Below, piece by piece: positions 13,400 to 27,625 of a DNA stretch of 64,000 bases (positions are counted from its first letter, which is position 1; each line of letters begins with the position of its first letter). The notes beneath the pieces were generated by a model. That model did no database searches. It saw nothing but the letters and a program-made list of their open reading frames with translations, and was not told the origin of the DNA. The DNA comes from the human T2T-CHM13v2.0 reference genome, Homo sapiens. A program made the position numbers and the translations under genes. The DNA lies in assembly GCF_009914755.1 (NCBI RefSeq), contig NC_060927.1. One strand, 5' to 3'.

Positions 13400-13560
13400 T
13401 AAAAATGTAGGTACACTGTTGTCCCCTTTTAACTGAGGAAACTAGTGTTCAGAGAGGTTAAGTAACCTGTGTAACGTCACACAGCTAGTCTGTGCAGAAC
13501 CAGCACTTGATCCCTGGCTATTTTGACCCTAGAGCCCAAACTCTTAACCACTGTGTTCTA
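13400..13560 (-). mobile_element. MIR
   Basis: gaggaaactagtgttcagagaggttaagtaacctg..gtcacacagctagt core. Confidence 0.75.
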
Positions 13561-16500
13561 AGGTGACAAAGAAACTTGAAATTTGAAATATAATCTAATT
13601 ATTTTTTTCTTCATTCTGGAATATCTGAGTCAAAGTTCTCAAATTCACTTGCAGTTTCAAGGGGTCAATGTAAATGACAGAGACAGGCCTGAGGGTGACA
13701 TAGAGAATGAAAAATGTCCCATCTGCAAGAGTTGGGGTGGGGAGCTGGGGGGCAGCCAGAAGCCAGCTGCAGAGGACTGCTACAAAAAAAAAAGAAATAA
13801 TCTGTTATTATTTCAGTGTTGTGCCAATTTAGGATTATTATGTCAAATCTTGTGATTTTCACACAATGCAACCAATTCAAAAAACAGTTATTAAACATAA
13901 TCTGAGCCAAACAAAACATATCTGTGGGCCTACATTACCTATCAGCCACCACTTTGAGAGCTTTGCTTCAACCCAGGCCTTGAACAAATTTTCTGTGGAA
14001 AAATTATGTATCACTGACAATAAATCATTGATAATATTCACATTTCATTGCAAATATCTGCTTGAGCAGCTCTGAAAAACTTGAATCCCTTCCTCCCCCT
14101 GAGACACTTAACCTGTTTCTTAATTCATGTCTCCTTGCTGCGAAGTTTTCCTTTGGTCAGGTAGAAAATGACCTTGCTAGTTCTGTTTATTGTTTAACAG
14201 AACTCAGTCTCAAAATCCCTGTCATAATCCATAATAAAATAGAGAGGGCAAAACTTAATCAGCTGTAAATGTACAGTAGTTAGCATTCACCACAAAATGC
14301 TAATAATATTTCGAGAATGCCATTTCTCTTCTGGCCTTTTGACCAAGTTGGTTAATGGACTGAGACTTGGGAAATAATGGAAATAATTTAGGCTGAGAAC
14401 TTCTCAGCCATGCATCAACCTTGAACTGAATGCCACGCAGGGAAAGCAGCACTAAGGCTGTGGCCCGGGTTTGGCAAGCAGAGCTCACCAACCAGTATGG
14501 ACACCCAGAATGCTAATAAAAGGAGGATCCAGTGTTTCAAACACAAATAATGAATATCCACCAATTGCACGCCTAGCAAGAGGTTTTCTTAGAATACCAC
14601 AAAATTAAAATTGTATGGCTAATATTTAGGTAAGATCCTTGAATCCTGTGGTTTTAAAGAATCTTCTGCAAGATAGTTCAACTCTCAGTAACATGTACTC
14701 CATTGTACCTGAGATTTTAGGAAGTGGGACCTTTCCTGAACATCTTAGACTGGGGAGTTGGCCTTAGGACCTAAGGTCCCAACTTAGTGTTGGAGCTTTT
14801 TAACCTAAGATATTGTTAATTATAACTGTCAAATTACAATTTGACAGAGTCAATTTGTAATTGTTTATCGACTTCCTTTCCCCTTGAAATAGTTCCTGGT
14901 AACCTGCTGAAATGTTCCCATTATTGTGTCATTAGTGTATCAATTTCTCTGAAAACAAAGTAAACTGATGAGGCGAAAGCTTGTTCCACATGGCACCTAC
15001 CTAATGAACAGAAGGGTTTATTCACTTAATTATTAGTTATGAATATCAAGTGCACTATTGTCACTCTTTAGGTTTTCACCTATAAAACATTAAAAATCTA
15101 GCATACAAATGAATGTATTTGCTAAGAAAACATTTAAAACCACAGCGGACTCTGAAATATCCACCCACCAAGCTACTGGGTAACTTGGATGATGCAGCTA
15201 TAATAATCTTAGTTAGGTAGTGCTCCTTTTCCTCTCTCTCTCTGTTGAACTATCTAAGTAGGATGTTGGTAAATGGTCTTTTAAAAATAAAAACTTTGGA
15301 TTAAAAGGAAAACTGAATCCCTTCTATATTTTTGTTACTAACAAATAATGCTTTTGTAAATTTGAATGGAAAACCTCTTATATGTATTGCTACTGGGTTG
15401 CAGTTATGTTTTTGAGCTTAATTTAAAATACACTACTCAAAAATTTCATGGAAGATGAATTCCAAGAATCAAAAAAAATGCATTTCAAAGCTAAAAATAA
15501 AAATTAAATGAAGATTTTAAAATACAAATAAACGATAGTTCAAGTCCACGTTACTTCTTTAACACGTAGGTCCCTAACCCAATAAGCTAAATCACATCAT
15601 CATTGGGCTGTGACCCGAAAACTAAGTGAAGCAGAGAAATTATTTTCTAAAATACTTGCCTTTAAATTTCTTCCTTTCAAAGAAGAAATCTCACACACAG
15701 TTTCTGGGACTCTAAAGTGGAATGGTCACTGTGGTCAGCCATCTGTTAGCATTTTGTGATGTTAAATATGCACCCCCCCCGCCCCCACGACTCAGCAATC
15801 CTTCCCATCTGTACATCCCAGGAAAATTCCTGAACAGTTTCCTAAAGGGACACTTACATGGATGATCACCAAAGCATTTTTGTTGTTGCCATTGTTTCCA
15901 TTTGTCTTTCTCTCGGGGGTAGTGGGGAGCTGAAGCAACCTAAGTGTCCATTGCTAAGGGAATCCAGAAGTTACCTGCGATGAGGGTTCACTGTGAAGTA
16001 TTCTGCAGCAATTGGAATCTTAGTACATCCTTCACTACCAAAAACTAACTTGGAAAAACCTTCCCACTTGTATATGAAAAGCTGAGACGACAGGCTGCAG
16101 GAAAAATTACTTTAGGAAAGAAAAATGTCCTGTTTGATTCAATATTCTCTCATTCAGTTAGTTTTCGTTTTTTAATCTTCTTTTGCCAGGCATCTTATGA
16201 AACAAAACCAAGACACCTGCCCCTAACCTTTAGAAACTCTTGTCCAGGAAGGGAGACAGACACAAATTATTTTCTTCACATAATATTATAATAAAGACCA
16301 CAAAAGATGCATGGACCCATGTAGTCAAAGCACCCAAGGTGCTGCCTGTGCCAGAGGACACAGAGAAAGGACGACATGGTTGAATTCACCCCAGAGCAGA
16401 GTGAGCCAACCCCCCCAGCCCAGCTCAACACCCTCAGGGAAAAATACCACAGCCTTGGAAGACTTCAAACATTCACTTACTTCTCACTCCACAAGCAGGG

Positions 16501-17592
16501 AGAAAAGGGCAGTAGAAGGCAGTGGAAAATCAAGCCTCCTGTGACCCGTCATTGGATTCTCACTGGCTGGAAATGCACACTGAGAAGACGAAGGTGGGTA
16601 ATGGACATGTGATTTACTAGACATAGTGCTGGGGAGAGGGGATATTGCCACAAAACCTTCAATAACATATCCCCACATCATTCACGTGCAAGCTCCAGGT
16701 CCCCACACTGCCATATTATGCAACTTGTTCCACATCTGCCTCCTGCTGAGCATATTTTCCTCTTCTCCCTTTTTTTCAGCCACATAGGTAAGCTGGTGAA
16801 CTTGAGGTTATGACAGGACAGCTTCCCAAGTGACCACCACACGCTTTCCCTGTGGGGAAATAGTTTTCCGATGATGCCACTAGATGTCTGGGCCACCACC
16901 GACACTTAACAAGTTAGGGGACTTGCTAAAGGCAGGTAGGCTAAGATTTCCTGCAAACGCTCACAGCAATTCTTCATTTTTTTATGCCATGGTGAAACCT
17001 ATGAACTTCTTCTCCAAACACATATTGTAAGTGCATAAAACAAAATTCATAGGACTGAAAAGGAAACTGGTTACATTAAAACACTCCAAGTTAAGAATCT
17101 AAGCAATTTATAAATGCCACTTATAGGGTGATTGCGGGTAGACAGATGTGTTGCTGTTCGTGCCAACAAGCATTTAGCAGCATACCACATAATGGTTCTC
17201 ACAAGGATGTCTCTTTTTAGCCTAATTAACCTGCTTATTAACATGTTCCTGAGCATTTCCAGTTTAGCACATAACATGGGATAGTCATCGACAGAGATTC
17301 CTCTTCTACCCCTTCAGGAAGGCCTGAACTACAAACGTATTTCCAATAGTGATGTGCACCACTCTACCACCCTTGCCACCTTCTGAGCTATCAACAGCAT
17401 GATTGAGCAGGGTGAGGACCACTGTCAAGGGCCTGGGAGCAGAGTCAAGTCATTTAAACCCCCTTGGGCTGGTACCGTCTGAGATGTCTGGAAACTGACA
17501 TCTATCTCAGTGCTACTAAAACCACCACTAGCCACAACTGCTAAGCAATTTGTTACATCATGGCCTCATTCAGCCTCCAAGCTTAAAAGAAT

Positions 17593-17595
<3 letters not shown>

Positions 17596-17627
<32 letters not shown>
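17596..17627. repeat. (CA)n microsatellite
   Basis: Directly visible. Confidence 0.98.
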
Positions 17628-17630
<3 letters not shown>

Positions 17631-17697
17631 ATTTTGCTGGAGGTTCCCCAGCTAAAATGAGTAAGAATACATTTTACTAGTAAGAATAAAGTTCAAG

Positions 17698-18010
17698 AGC
17701 CAGGCGCAGTGGCTCATGCCTGTAATCCCAGCACTGTGGGAGTCCAAGGCTGACCAATCGCTTGAGAGCAGGAGTTCAAAACCAGACTGGGGAACATAGG
17801 AAAACCCCATCTCTACAAAAAAAAAAAAAAAAAATTAGCCAGACATGGTGGTACGTGCCCATAGTCCCAGCTAGCTACACAACAGGCTCAGGTGGGAGGA
17901 TCACTTGAGCCCGGGAAGGTGGGGGTTGCAGTGAGCTATGATCATACCACTGCACTCCAGCCTCCTAGGTGACAGAGTGAGACCCTGTCTCAAAAAAAAG
18001 ATAGAAAAAT
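17698..18010 (+). mobile_element. AluJ
   Basis: Dimeric Alu with J-type ggaggatcacttgagccc and gaccctgtctc. Confidence 0.93.
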
Positions 18011-18684
18011 AAGATAAAGCTCACAGTATATTTCCAGTAAGAAAGTAGTTGCATTCTTAAACACCGATTTCAAAAATGCATAAATGATACACCATTGATA
18101 GGAAGTCATAAGTCCTTTTAAGTCTATTTGTATTTTTTCCATCAAAATGCCATCAACACATGCTTGGAAAATGAGAAATGTATAGACAAGAGACACTTTA
18201 TCCAATCCAGTCAATTATTCATCCCAAGATGGACATGAGGACTCTTAAGAATCTGCCCCATCCCTAATAGTCCAAAGTCTATAGGCTGTGAACTTAAAAT
18301 TTCATCTAACAGCTGTAAAAACTGAGACCAAGAGAGTAAACAATTTGTTGTAGTAATTTTTCATAGTCTACACAACTATTGTGGAAGAAGTGCCAGTCTT
18401 CCAGCTTCTGGGTTGATATTCTTATTATTCAGAGCTGCACAGATGTGATCTGTTTAAAATATTCTTATCTGAAAAGCTCTATGGCTGAAATTATTACACC
18501 CTTTATTTTAATTCACTAATTCAAACTAATTAGTCTGGGAATACCAATCTGACTTATTAAAATGCCTAAGGCATTTTAAAATAAATCTATTACTTTCAAG
18601 TATTCTCAGCAACTTCACCTAAGTAACAAGAGAACAATGTATAATGAGCACTTTTTTACCTACTAAAAATGCATTACATGTTTT

Positions 18685-19895
18685 ATATACAAAAATTAAC
18701 TCAAAATGGATCACAGTCCTAAATATAAAGCCAAAAACTAAAAACTGTCTCAAAGAAAACAGAAAACAACCTGTGTGATCTCGGATTGGGACAAATATTT
18801 CTAAGACACCGAAAGTAAAATACATAAAAGAACAAACTAGTATATTGGACTTTATCAAAATAAAAACTTCTGCTCCTCAAAAAACATTGTTAAGAGAGTG
18901 AAAAGATAAGCCACATACTGGGAGAAAATATTTGCAGTTTGGTTATTTGATAAAGGAATTATATCAAGAATATAAAAAGATCTCTCAAAATTCAATACTG
19001 AGAAAACAAACAATGTGACTTTAAAAAGTGGCCAAATAATTTGAACACACTTCACCAAAGAAGATAGACAGGTGACAAGCAAATGAAAGATGTGCAACAT
19101 TATTAGCCATTAGGTTCATGCAAATTAAATCTGCAATATGATATCACCACACACCTATTAAAAATGGCTAAAATTAAAGATACAGACAATACTTAGTGCT
19201 GGCAAGAATATGAAGGGACTGAAACTCTCATTCACTGCTGGTGAGCACGCATCGGTACATCACTTTAAAAATGTTTAACAGTTTCTTAAAAGTCAAACAT
19301 ACACCTACCATATGAACCAGCCATTCTTCTCCCAAGGTAGTTACCAAAGAAAAATGAAACCATATGTCTGTGTAACACTTGTACAAAATGTTCACAGCAG
19401 CTGTATTTATGATAGCCAAAGTTAGAAAAACTCCAAGTGTTTATCAACAAGTGAATGGATAAACAACGTGTGGCACATAATGGAATACTACTCAGCAATA
19501 AAAAGAAATGAGGTTGTGTGTCAACTTAAAATGTTTTAGTTAAAAAAAGAACCCATATATATGCAGCAACATGGAAGAATCATAGAACAATTATGCAGAA
19601 AGAAACCAGATGAAAAAGAAGATGATTCCACAAACAAAATTCTAGAAAATGCAAACTCATCTACAGTGACCAAAAAAAAATCTGTGGTTGCCTAGGGATG
19701 GTGGGAAGGAAAGAGGAGCTGATTACAAAAGAGTATAAGGAAACTTTTGGGGTGAAGGGTTTATTCATTACTTTTATTATTAAGATGGTTTCATGGGTGT
19801 AAATAGGTTAAAATTTAACAAAGTGTACACTTTCAAATTTGTGCAGTTTATTTTATGTCAGTTATACCTTAATAGAGCTGTTAAAAAACAAAAAT
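18685..19895 (+). mobile_element. Old L1 (L1MC/MD-type) ORF2 end and 3'UTR
   Basis: aaaattaactcaaaatggatc.., aatggaatactactcagcaataaaaag, and 3' end gttataccttaatagagctgtt(a)n. Confidence 0.8.
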
Positions 19896-20000
19896 AAAAT
19901 ATGTGCATTGACAATGGCAGAAGCAATCTGGCTTCATTCTACTCCACAAGAAACCAAAAACAAATATTCAGCACTCAGATTATCACCAGTAATATCCCAC

Positions 20001-20550
20001 AATTTATTTTTTTTTTAATTTTTCTTTAAACACTGGCTTTCTCTATGTTGCCCAGTGATATGGTTTGGCTTTGACCCCACCCAAATCTCATCCTGAATTG
20101 TAGCTCCCATAATCCCCATGTGTCATGGGGAGGACCTGATGGAAGGCAATTGAATCATGGGGCCAGGTTTTTCCCTGTACTGTTTTCACAATAGTGAGTA
20201 AGTCTCACGAGATCTGATGGTTTTATAAAGGGCAGTTTCCTGGCACATCTCTTTTGCCTGCCACCATGTAAAACATGCCTTTTCTCCTCCTTTGCCTTCT
20301 GCCATGATTGTGAGGCCTCCCCAGTCATGTGGAACTGTGAGTCGATTAAACCTCTTTTTCTTTATAAATTACCCTGTCTTGGGTATTGCTTCATAGCAGT
20401 ATGAAAATGGATGAATACACTCAGTCTGGAATGCAGTGGCTATACATAGACATAATCATAGTGTGCTGCTGCTTCAAACTCCAGTCCTCAAGTGATCCTC
20501 CTGCCTCAGCTTCCAAAGTAGCTAGAACTATAGGCACTTACCACACCAGC
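20001..20550 (-). mobile_element. FAM (fossil Alu monomer) split by a THE1 LTR
   Basis: Reverse complement carries the FAM-diagnostic atgtatagccactgca segment. Halves at 20001-20055 and 20420-20550. Confidence 0.8.
20056..20419 (+). mobile_element. THE1 (THE1C-like) solo LTR
   Basis: tgatatggtttggct...aatggatgaataca, 364 bp, 5-bp TSD cccag/ctcag. Confidence 0.92.
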
Positions 20551-21393
20551 TAGAGCTCAAATTTGAGGCTGAGATGTTCCCTGAAACCACAGACAGGTGA
20601 AAAACTCCAGACAGATGGTAAGAGAAATGGACTTTTCTATCTGCAATGCACCTCCCTCAAATCTGCCAAGCACCATGTGCAAAAAAATTCACCCAGATTT
20701 ATGATTTCTACACTGGAAAAAAGTGAGACTGAGGTGGACAGCCAGCTTCCAAACCATCTTGGGTTCTTGTTCAGGGAAACTATTCCTGCTTCAACCCACA
20801 GGAAACACAGCAAGTGCCGGTAGGGAGAAAATCCCCTGAGGGTGCTAGAAACAAATAGAGGATGTAAGACTAGTGACCTCAGCTCACAAAACTCAGCCCT
20901 TTATCTTAGCCAAAAAAGATGCCAAACTAGAGTGGTTGTTCAGCAGCACCACACTGTAGAAGGCACATTCCACAGTTCTTCTGGGCATGAACCCCTAGCT
21001 ATACTTCTCACATGGCAGGATATTCCCATTGGGACCCACACTCCCATTTCAAGACTGGCAGAGCTCTGAACCTTAGTGAGATTAGAGGCAAATCTGGGCT
21101 TAAGGCACCATCTAGTGCCAAAAAGGAAGCAGCAATCTAGGATTAAGGGAACTCAACAGGCAACTGCAAAGAACCTCTAAGCAAACATACCCCAGAAAGA
21201 CCAAAACAAGCCAGGGAGCAAAGACAGAAATAAATAATTAACTCTTCCATACAAAGCAATAGACATATATTCACGAGAAATAACAGCAAACAAGGAATCA
21301 TGAACTCCCTAAGCAGACAAAACAAGCAGCCAGGGATGAACCCTAATGAGATGGTGATGTGTGAGCTCTCAGATCAAGGATTCAAAATAGCAG

Positions 21394-21429
<36 letters not shown>

Positions 21430-24400
21430 GCAAACTCACAAAAAAAAAAACTCAGAAATGTATCAGATGAACAACAACAACAACAAAAAACAAATCCTGG
21501 AACTGAGAAATTCATGTGTTGGACCACAAAATGCATTAGAAGTTCTCAATAGCAGAATGAATAAAACCAGAAAAAAGTCTGTGAGCTCAAAAGCAGGCTG
21601 TTTGAAAATATACAGTCAGAATAGAAAAAATAAAAAAAGAATGAAAAGGAACAAAGGACACCTACAGAATATGAGGAATTACCTCGAAAGAACAAATCTA
21701 AGAATCACTGGTGTCTAAGACGGAATTGAGAAAGAGCAAGGGGTAGCAGCAACCTTATTCTGAAAGATAATAACAGAAAAATTTCCAAACCTAGAGCAAG
21801 ATATAAATATCCAGGTACAAGGATGTCAGAGATCACCAAATATAACCAACCCGAATAAGACTACCAAAAAAGCATATAATAATCAAACTCTCAAAGGTCA
21901 AGGAAAAAGAGAGGATGCTAAAAGCAACATGAGGAAAGCAGCTAATAACATGTTGAGGAGCTCTGAATCGTCTGGCAACAGACTTCTCAATGGAAACCAC
22001 AGAGGCCAGGAAAGATGGGACAACATATTCAAACTGCTAAAGAAAAAAACCATAAGCCAAGAATACTGCACCCAGAAAAGCTTTCTTTCAAACATGAAGG
22101 ACAGATGAAGTCTTTCCCAGACAACAAGAGCTGGGGGAATTCAGCACTACTAGACTTGTCTTACAAGAAATGCTAAATGGAGTTCTTCAATCTGAAAGAA
22201 AAAAACAGTAATGTGCAAAAAGAAAACATTTGAAGGTAACAAACTAACTGCTAAAGTAAGTACACAGATAAATTCAAAATATCCTAATACTGTAATTACA
22301 GTGTGTAACCCACTCATGTCACTAATATGAAAACTAAAAGACAAATCTATCAAAAGTAACAATGACAACAGCAACTTATTAGGGATAGGCAATATTAAAA
22401 GATGAAAATTGAGACAACGAAAAGTCAAAATGTGGAAGGGATGAAGTTAAAGTGCAGGGTTTTTGTTTTTCATTTGTTTGTTTCTTTTCTTTGTAATCAC
22501 TTATCATTTATTTAAAATAACTTGTTATATCTATAAGAAGTTTTCTGTAAGCCTCATGGTAAACCCTGCGAGGCAAAAACCTATAATAGATACAATAACA
22601 ATGAAAAGCAACAAATTAAAACATATTACCAGAGAAAAAAATCACATAGCCACAGAGGAAGAAGACAGTAACAAAGGAAGAAAGAGAGGAGTCACAAAAC
22701 AACCAGAAAATAACAATATGACAGTGGTAAGTACTTCCATATCCAATAACAACCTTGAATGTAAATTGACTAAATTCTCCAACTAAAAGACATAGAGTGG
22801 CTGAGTAGATTTTTGAAAAACACAACCCAACTATAAGCTGCCTACAAGAAATTCACTTCACCTATAAAGACACACATAGACTGAAAGTGAAAGGAAGGAA
22901 AGCTATTCCATGCAAATGGAAATGAGAAAAGAGCAGGAGTAGCTAACCTTATACCAGTTATAGGCTTCAAGTCAAAGGTTGTAAAAGAGACAAAGAGGTT
23001 CACTATATAACGATAAAGGGGTGAATTCAGCAAGAGGATATAACAACTGTAAATATATATGCACCCAAATATATATATAATGTACAGATCATCCAGACAG
23101 AAAAATCAACAAAGAAACATCAGAGTTAAACTACACTCTAGACAAAATGGACCTGACATTTACAGAACATTTCATCCAGCTGCTGCAAAATACACCTTCT
23201 TCTCATCAGCATATGGAACATTCTCCAGGACAGGTCACATGTTGAGTGACAAAACAAGTCTCAACAAATTCAAAAAACTAAAAATGATATCAAGTATTTT
23301 TTTCTGACCACATTGGAATAAACGTAGAAATCAGTAATAAGAACTTTGGAAACTATACAAGCACATGGAAATTAAACAACATGTTCTTAAATGATCAATG
23401 GGAAAATGAAGCAAGAAGGAAATTTAAAAATTCATGAAAGGAATGAAAATGTAAACAAACATCCCAAAATCTATGGGATACAGAAAAAGCAGCATTAAAA
23501 GTGAAGATTATAGCAATAAATGCCTACTTCAAAAGAGTAGAACAAGTTCAAATAAACAATGATACATCTCAGGAAACTAGAAGACAACCAACCAAATCCA
23601 AAATTAGTAGAAGGAATGAAATAATACCAGAGCAGAAATAATGAAATTGAAACTTTAAAAAATACAAAAGATTAACAAAAAGTTGTTTTTTTGCAGAGAT
23701 AAAAAAATTGAAAAACGTTTAGCTAGACTAAGAATAAAAAGAGGGAAGACCCAAATAAATATAATCAGAAAGAAAAAAAAGAACACATAACAACTGATAC
23801 CACAGAAATTCAATGGATCATCAACAGCTATATGCCAACAAATTCGAAAAGCTAAAAGAAATGAATAAATTCCTGGACACATACAACCTGCCAAGATTAA
23901 ACCAGGAAGAAATAGAAAACTCAAACAGATCAATAACAAATAATGAGATTAAGGCAGTCATAAAGCATCTCCCATCAAAGAAAAGCCCAGGACATGATGG
24001 CTTCACTGCTGAATTCCACCAAATATTTAAAGAACTACTTATAACACCAATTATACTCAAACTATTCAAAAAAATGAAGAAGAGGTAATATGTGCAAATT
24101 CACTCTACAAGGCCAGCATTGCCCTTACACCAAAACCAGATAAGGACACAATGAAAAGAAAACTACAAGCCAATATCCCTGATGAACACAGATGTAAACG
24201 TCCTCAACAAAACACTGGAAAACAAATTCAATGACACAATAAAAAGATCATTCACCATGATCAAATAATCAATGTCATCCCAGGGATGCAAAGATGGTTC
24301 AACATATGCAAATCAATAAACATGATACATCAGATTAACAGAATCAAGGACAAAAACCATACGATCATTTCCACAGATGTTTTAAAAGGATTCAACACAA

Positions 24401-25319
24401 TTCAACATTCTTTTATGATAAAAACTCTCAACAAATTGGGTACAGAAGGAACACACCTCAAAACAAAAATGGCCATACGTAACAAACCCACAGCTAACAT
24501 ACTGCTTGGGGGGAAATTGAAAGACATTTCTCTAAGATCTGGAATAAGACAAGGATGCACAAATTTACCACTTTTTTTCAACATAACATTTGAAGTTCTA
24601 GCCACAGCAATTAGACAAGAGAAAGAAATAAAGGGCATCCAAATTGGAAAGGAAGAAGACAAATCATTCTTGTTCATAGATGACATGACATTACATTTAG
24701 AAAAGCCTAAAGATTCCAACAAAAAACACTGAGAACTGATAAGTGAATTCAGTAAAGTTGCAGGATACAAAATTAACATATAAAAATCCATAGCATTTAT
24801 ATGCAAAGAATCTGAAAAAGTAATCAAGGCACCAACATCATTTACAATAGACACAAGGAATATAAAATACCTAGAAATAAATTAAACCAGAGATGCAAAA
24901 AATCTCTACAAAGAAAACTATTAAACATTGATGAAAGTCAATGAAGAAGACACACAAAAAAAGAAACACGCCTATACTCATGGGTTAGAAGAATTAATAT
25001 TGTTAAAATGTCAATACTACCCAAAGTGGTCTATAGATTCAATGCAATCTCTATCAAAAACCAGTAACATTCTTCACAAAACTTGAAAAAACAATGCAAA
25101 AATTCATGTGGAGCCATAAAAGACCCAAAATAACCAAAACAATCCGAACTGGACAAAAAGAACAAAGCTGGAGGCATCACACTACTTGACTTCAAAATAT
25201 ACTACAAAGCCATAGTAATTAAAACAGCATGGTACTAGCATAAAAACAGACACATAGAGCAGTGGAACAGAATACAGAACCCAGAAATAAATCCACACAT
25301 TTACAGCCAACTCATTTTT

Positions 25320-26032
25320 TTAATTTTTATTTTACTTTAAAGTTCTGGGATACATGTGCAGAATGTGCAGGTTTGTTACATAGGTATACATGTGCCATGG
25401 TGGTTTGCTGCATCTATCAGCCAACCGTCTAGGTTTTAAGCCCGGCATGCATTGGGTATTTGTCCTAATACTCTCCCTCCCCTTGCTCCCCACCCGACAG
25501 GCCCTGATGTGTGATGTTTCCCTTCCTGTATCAATGTGTTCTCATTGTTCAACTCCCACTTATGAGTGAGAACATGCGGTGTTTGGTTTTCTGTTCCTGT
25601 GTTAGTTTGCTGAGAATGATGGTTTCCAGCTTCATCCATGTCCCTGCAAAGGACATGAACTCATTCTTTTTTATGGCTGCATAGTATTCCATGGTGTATA
25701 CATGCCACATTTTCTTTATCCAGTCTATCACTGATGGGTATTTGGGTTGGTTCCAAAATCTCATGCCAGTTAGAATGGCGATCATTAAAAAGTCAGGAAA
25801 CAACAGATGCGGTAGAGGATGTGGAGAAATGGGAATGCTTTTACACTGTTGGTGGGAGTGTAAATTAGTTCAACTATTGTGGAAGACAGTGTGGCAATTC
25901 CTCAAGGATCTAGAACCAGAAATACCATTTGACCCAGCAATCCCATTACTGAGTATATACCCAAATGATTATAAATCATTCTACTGTAAAGACACATGCA
26001 CACGAATGTTTATTGCAGCACTATTTACAATA
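25320..26032 (-). mobile_element. 5'-inverted (twin-primed) L1PA7/8-like insertion inside the L1MA ORF2
   Basis: Antisense 3'UTR 25320-25756, inverted segment ~25758-26032, perfect 13-bp TSD CCAACTCATTTTT (25307-25319, 26033-26045). Confidence 0.93.
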
Positions 26033-27479
26033 CCAACTCATTTTTGACAAAGACACCAAGAACCTATATTGGGGAAAGGACAGTCTCTTCAAAAAATGGT
26101 GCTGGGAAAACTGAAAAACCATATGCAGAAGAACAAAGCTAGACCCCTATCGCTCACTATATACAAAAATCAAATCAAAATGGAGTAAAGACTTAAGTCT
26201 AACACCTGAAACTATGAAACTATTAGAAGCAAAAACTGGGGAAATGCTTCAAGACATTGGTCCGGGCAAAAATTTTTTTAGTAAGACTTTGAAAGCACAG
26301 GTCACAAAAGCAAAAATTTTCTGCATTGCAAAGGAAGCAATCGGCAAAGTGAAAAGATAACCTATGAAAAGGCCAAAAATATTTGCAAACTATCCATCCA
26401 ACAATCAATTAATAAGCAGCATATATAAGGAACTCAAACAACTTAACAGCAAAAAATAAAAACCATCCAGTTTTAAAATGGGCAAAAGAGTTGAATAAAC
26501 ATTTCTCAAAAGAAGACATACAAATGACCAACAGGTATATGAAAAAATGCTCAGCATCACTAATCAACAGGGAAATGCAAGTCAAAACCACACTGAGATA
26601 TCATCTCACCCCAGTCAAAATGGTTTTTATCAAAAAGACAAAAAATAACAGATGCTGGCAAGAATGTGGAGAAAGGAGAACACTCATACATCATTGGGGG
26701 AATGTAGATTAGTACAGCCACTGTGGAAAACAATACAGTGGTCCTTCAAAAACTAAAACTAAAAGGACCAAATGATCCAGCAATCCCATTGCTGGATATC
26801 TATCCAGAAGAAAGGAAACCAGAATATCAAGGAGATAACTATACTCCCATGTTTATTGCAGCCATATTTACAGCAGCCAAGATATGGGAACAACGTAAGT
26901 GTCCATCACTGGATGAATGGATAAAGCAAATGTGGTACATATATATATATAATGGAATATTATTCAGTCATAAAAAAGAATAAAATCCTGTCATTTGCAG
27001 CAATACGGATGTAACTGAAGGTCATTATGTTAACTGAAATAAGCCAGGCACAGAATAAATACTGCATGCTCTCATTCATATGTGAGAGCTTAGAAAAGTA
27101 GATTTCATACTGGTAGAAAGTTGATTGGTGGTTACCAGGGGCTAGGAAGGGTTGGGAGGAGGGAGAGATGAACAGAGGTTAATAGTTTAAAAAAATGCAG
27201 TTAGAGAGAAGAAATATGAGGTAGTGTTCAATAGTATGGTACGGTAACTATAGTTAACAATAATTTAGTTTTAGTTCGAAATAGCTAGAGAAGAGGAATC
27301 ACAATATTCCCAACATAAAGAAAGGGTGAATGTTTGGGGTGATCGATGTTGCAACTGTCCTGGTTTGATCATTACACATTGTATATATGTATCAAAATAT
27401 CACATGTACCCCAAAGATATGCACAACTATTATGTAGCAATAATAAATAAGAAAATGCATTAAATTCCAGACATAATAC

Positions 27480-27625
27480 CAAGCTCTTTAGATAAATTGT
27501 CTCATTTCATGTCACAAAAATACTTTTAGGTAGGGGATGTTGTAATACTCACTTCCAGGAAGAAGAAACTGAGGCTCAGAGAGATTAAATAACTTTGCCC
27601 AGGGTCACATAGGTAGGACTTTGCA
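27480..27625 (-). mobile_element. MIR
   Basis: gaagaaactgaggctcagagagattaaataactttgcccagggtcaca core. Confidence 0.75.

Larger units (their letters stand above)
19912..27449 (+). mobile_element. Near full-length degenerate L1MA (L1MA4/5-like) with nested insertions
   Basis: L1M-type 5'UTR, ORF1 remnant (~21250-22270), ORF2 remnant from ~22718 (RT fragments e.g. ORF 24286-24732 with FLFIDDM), and L1MA 3'UTR ending catgtacccc..aataaataa. Confidence 0.9.

Noticed and set aside
23813-26983. ORFs with reverse-transcriptase/ORF2 similarity (e.g. 24286-24732)
   Set aside because: Fragments of dead L1 ORF2 with many stops and frameshifts; no intact retroelement.
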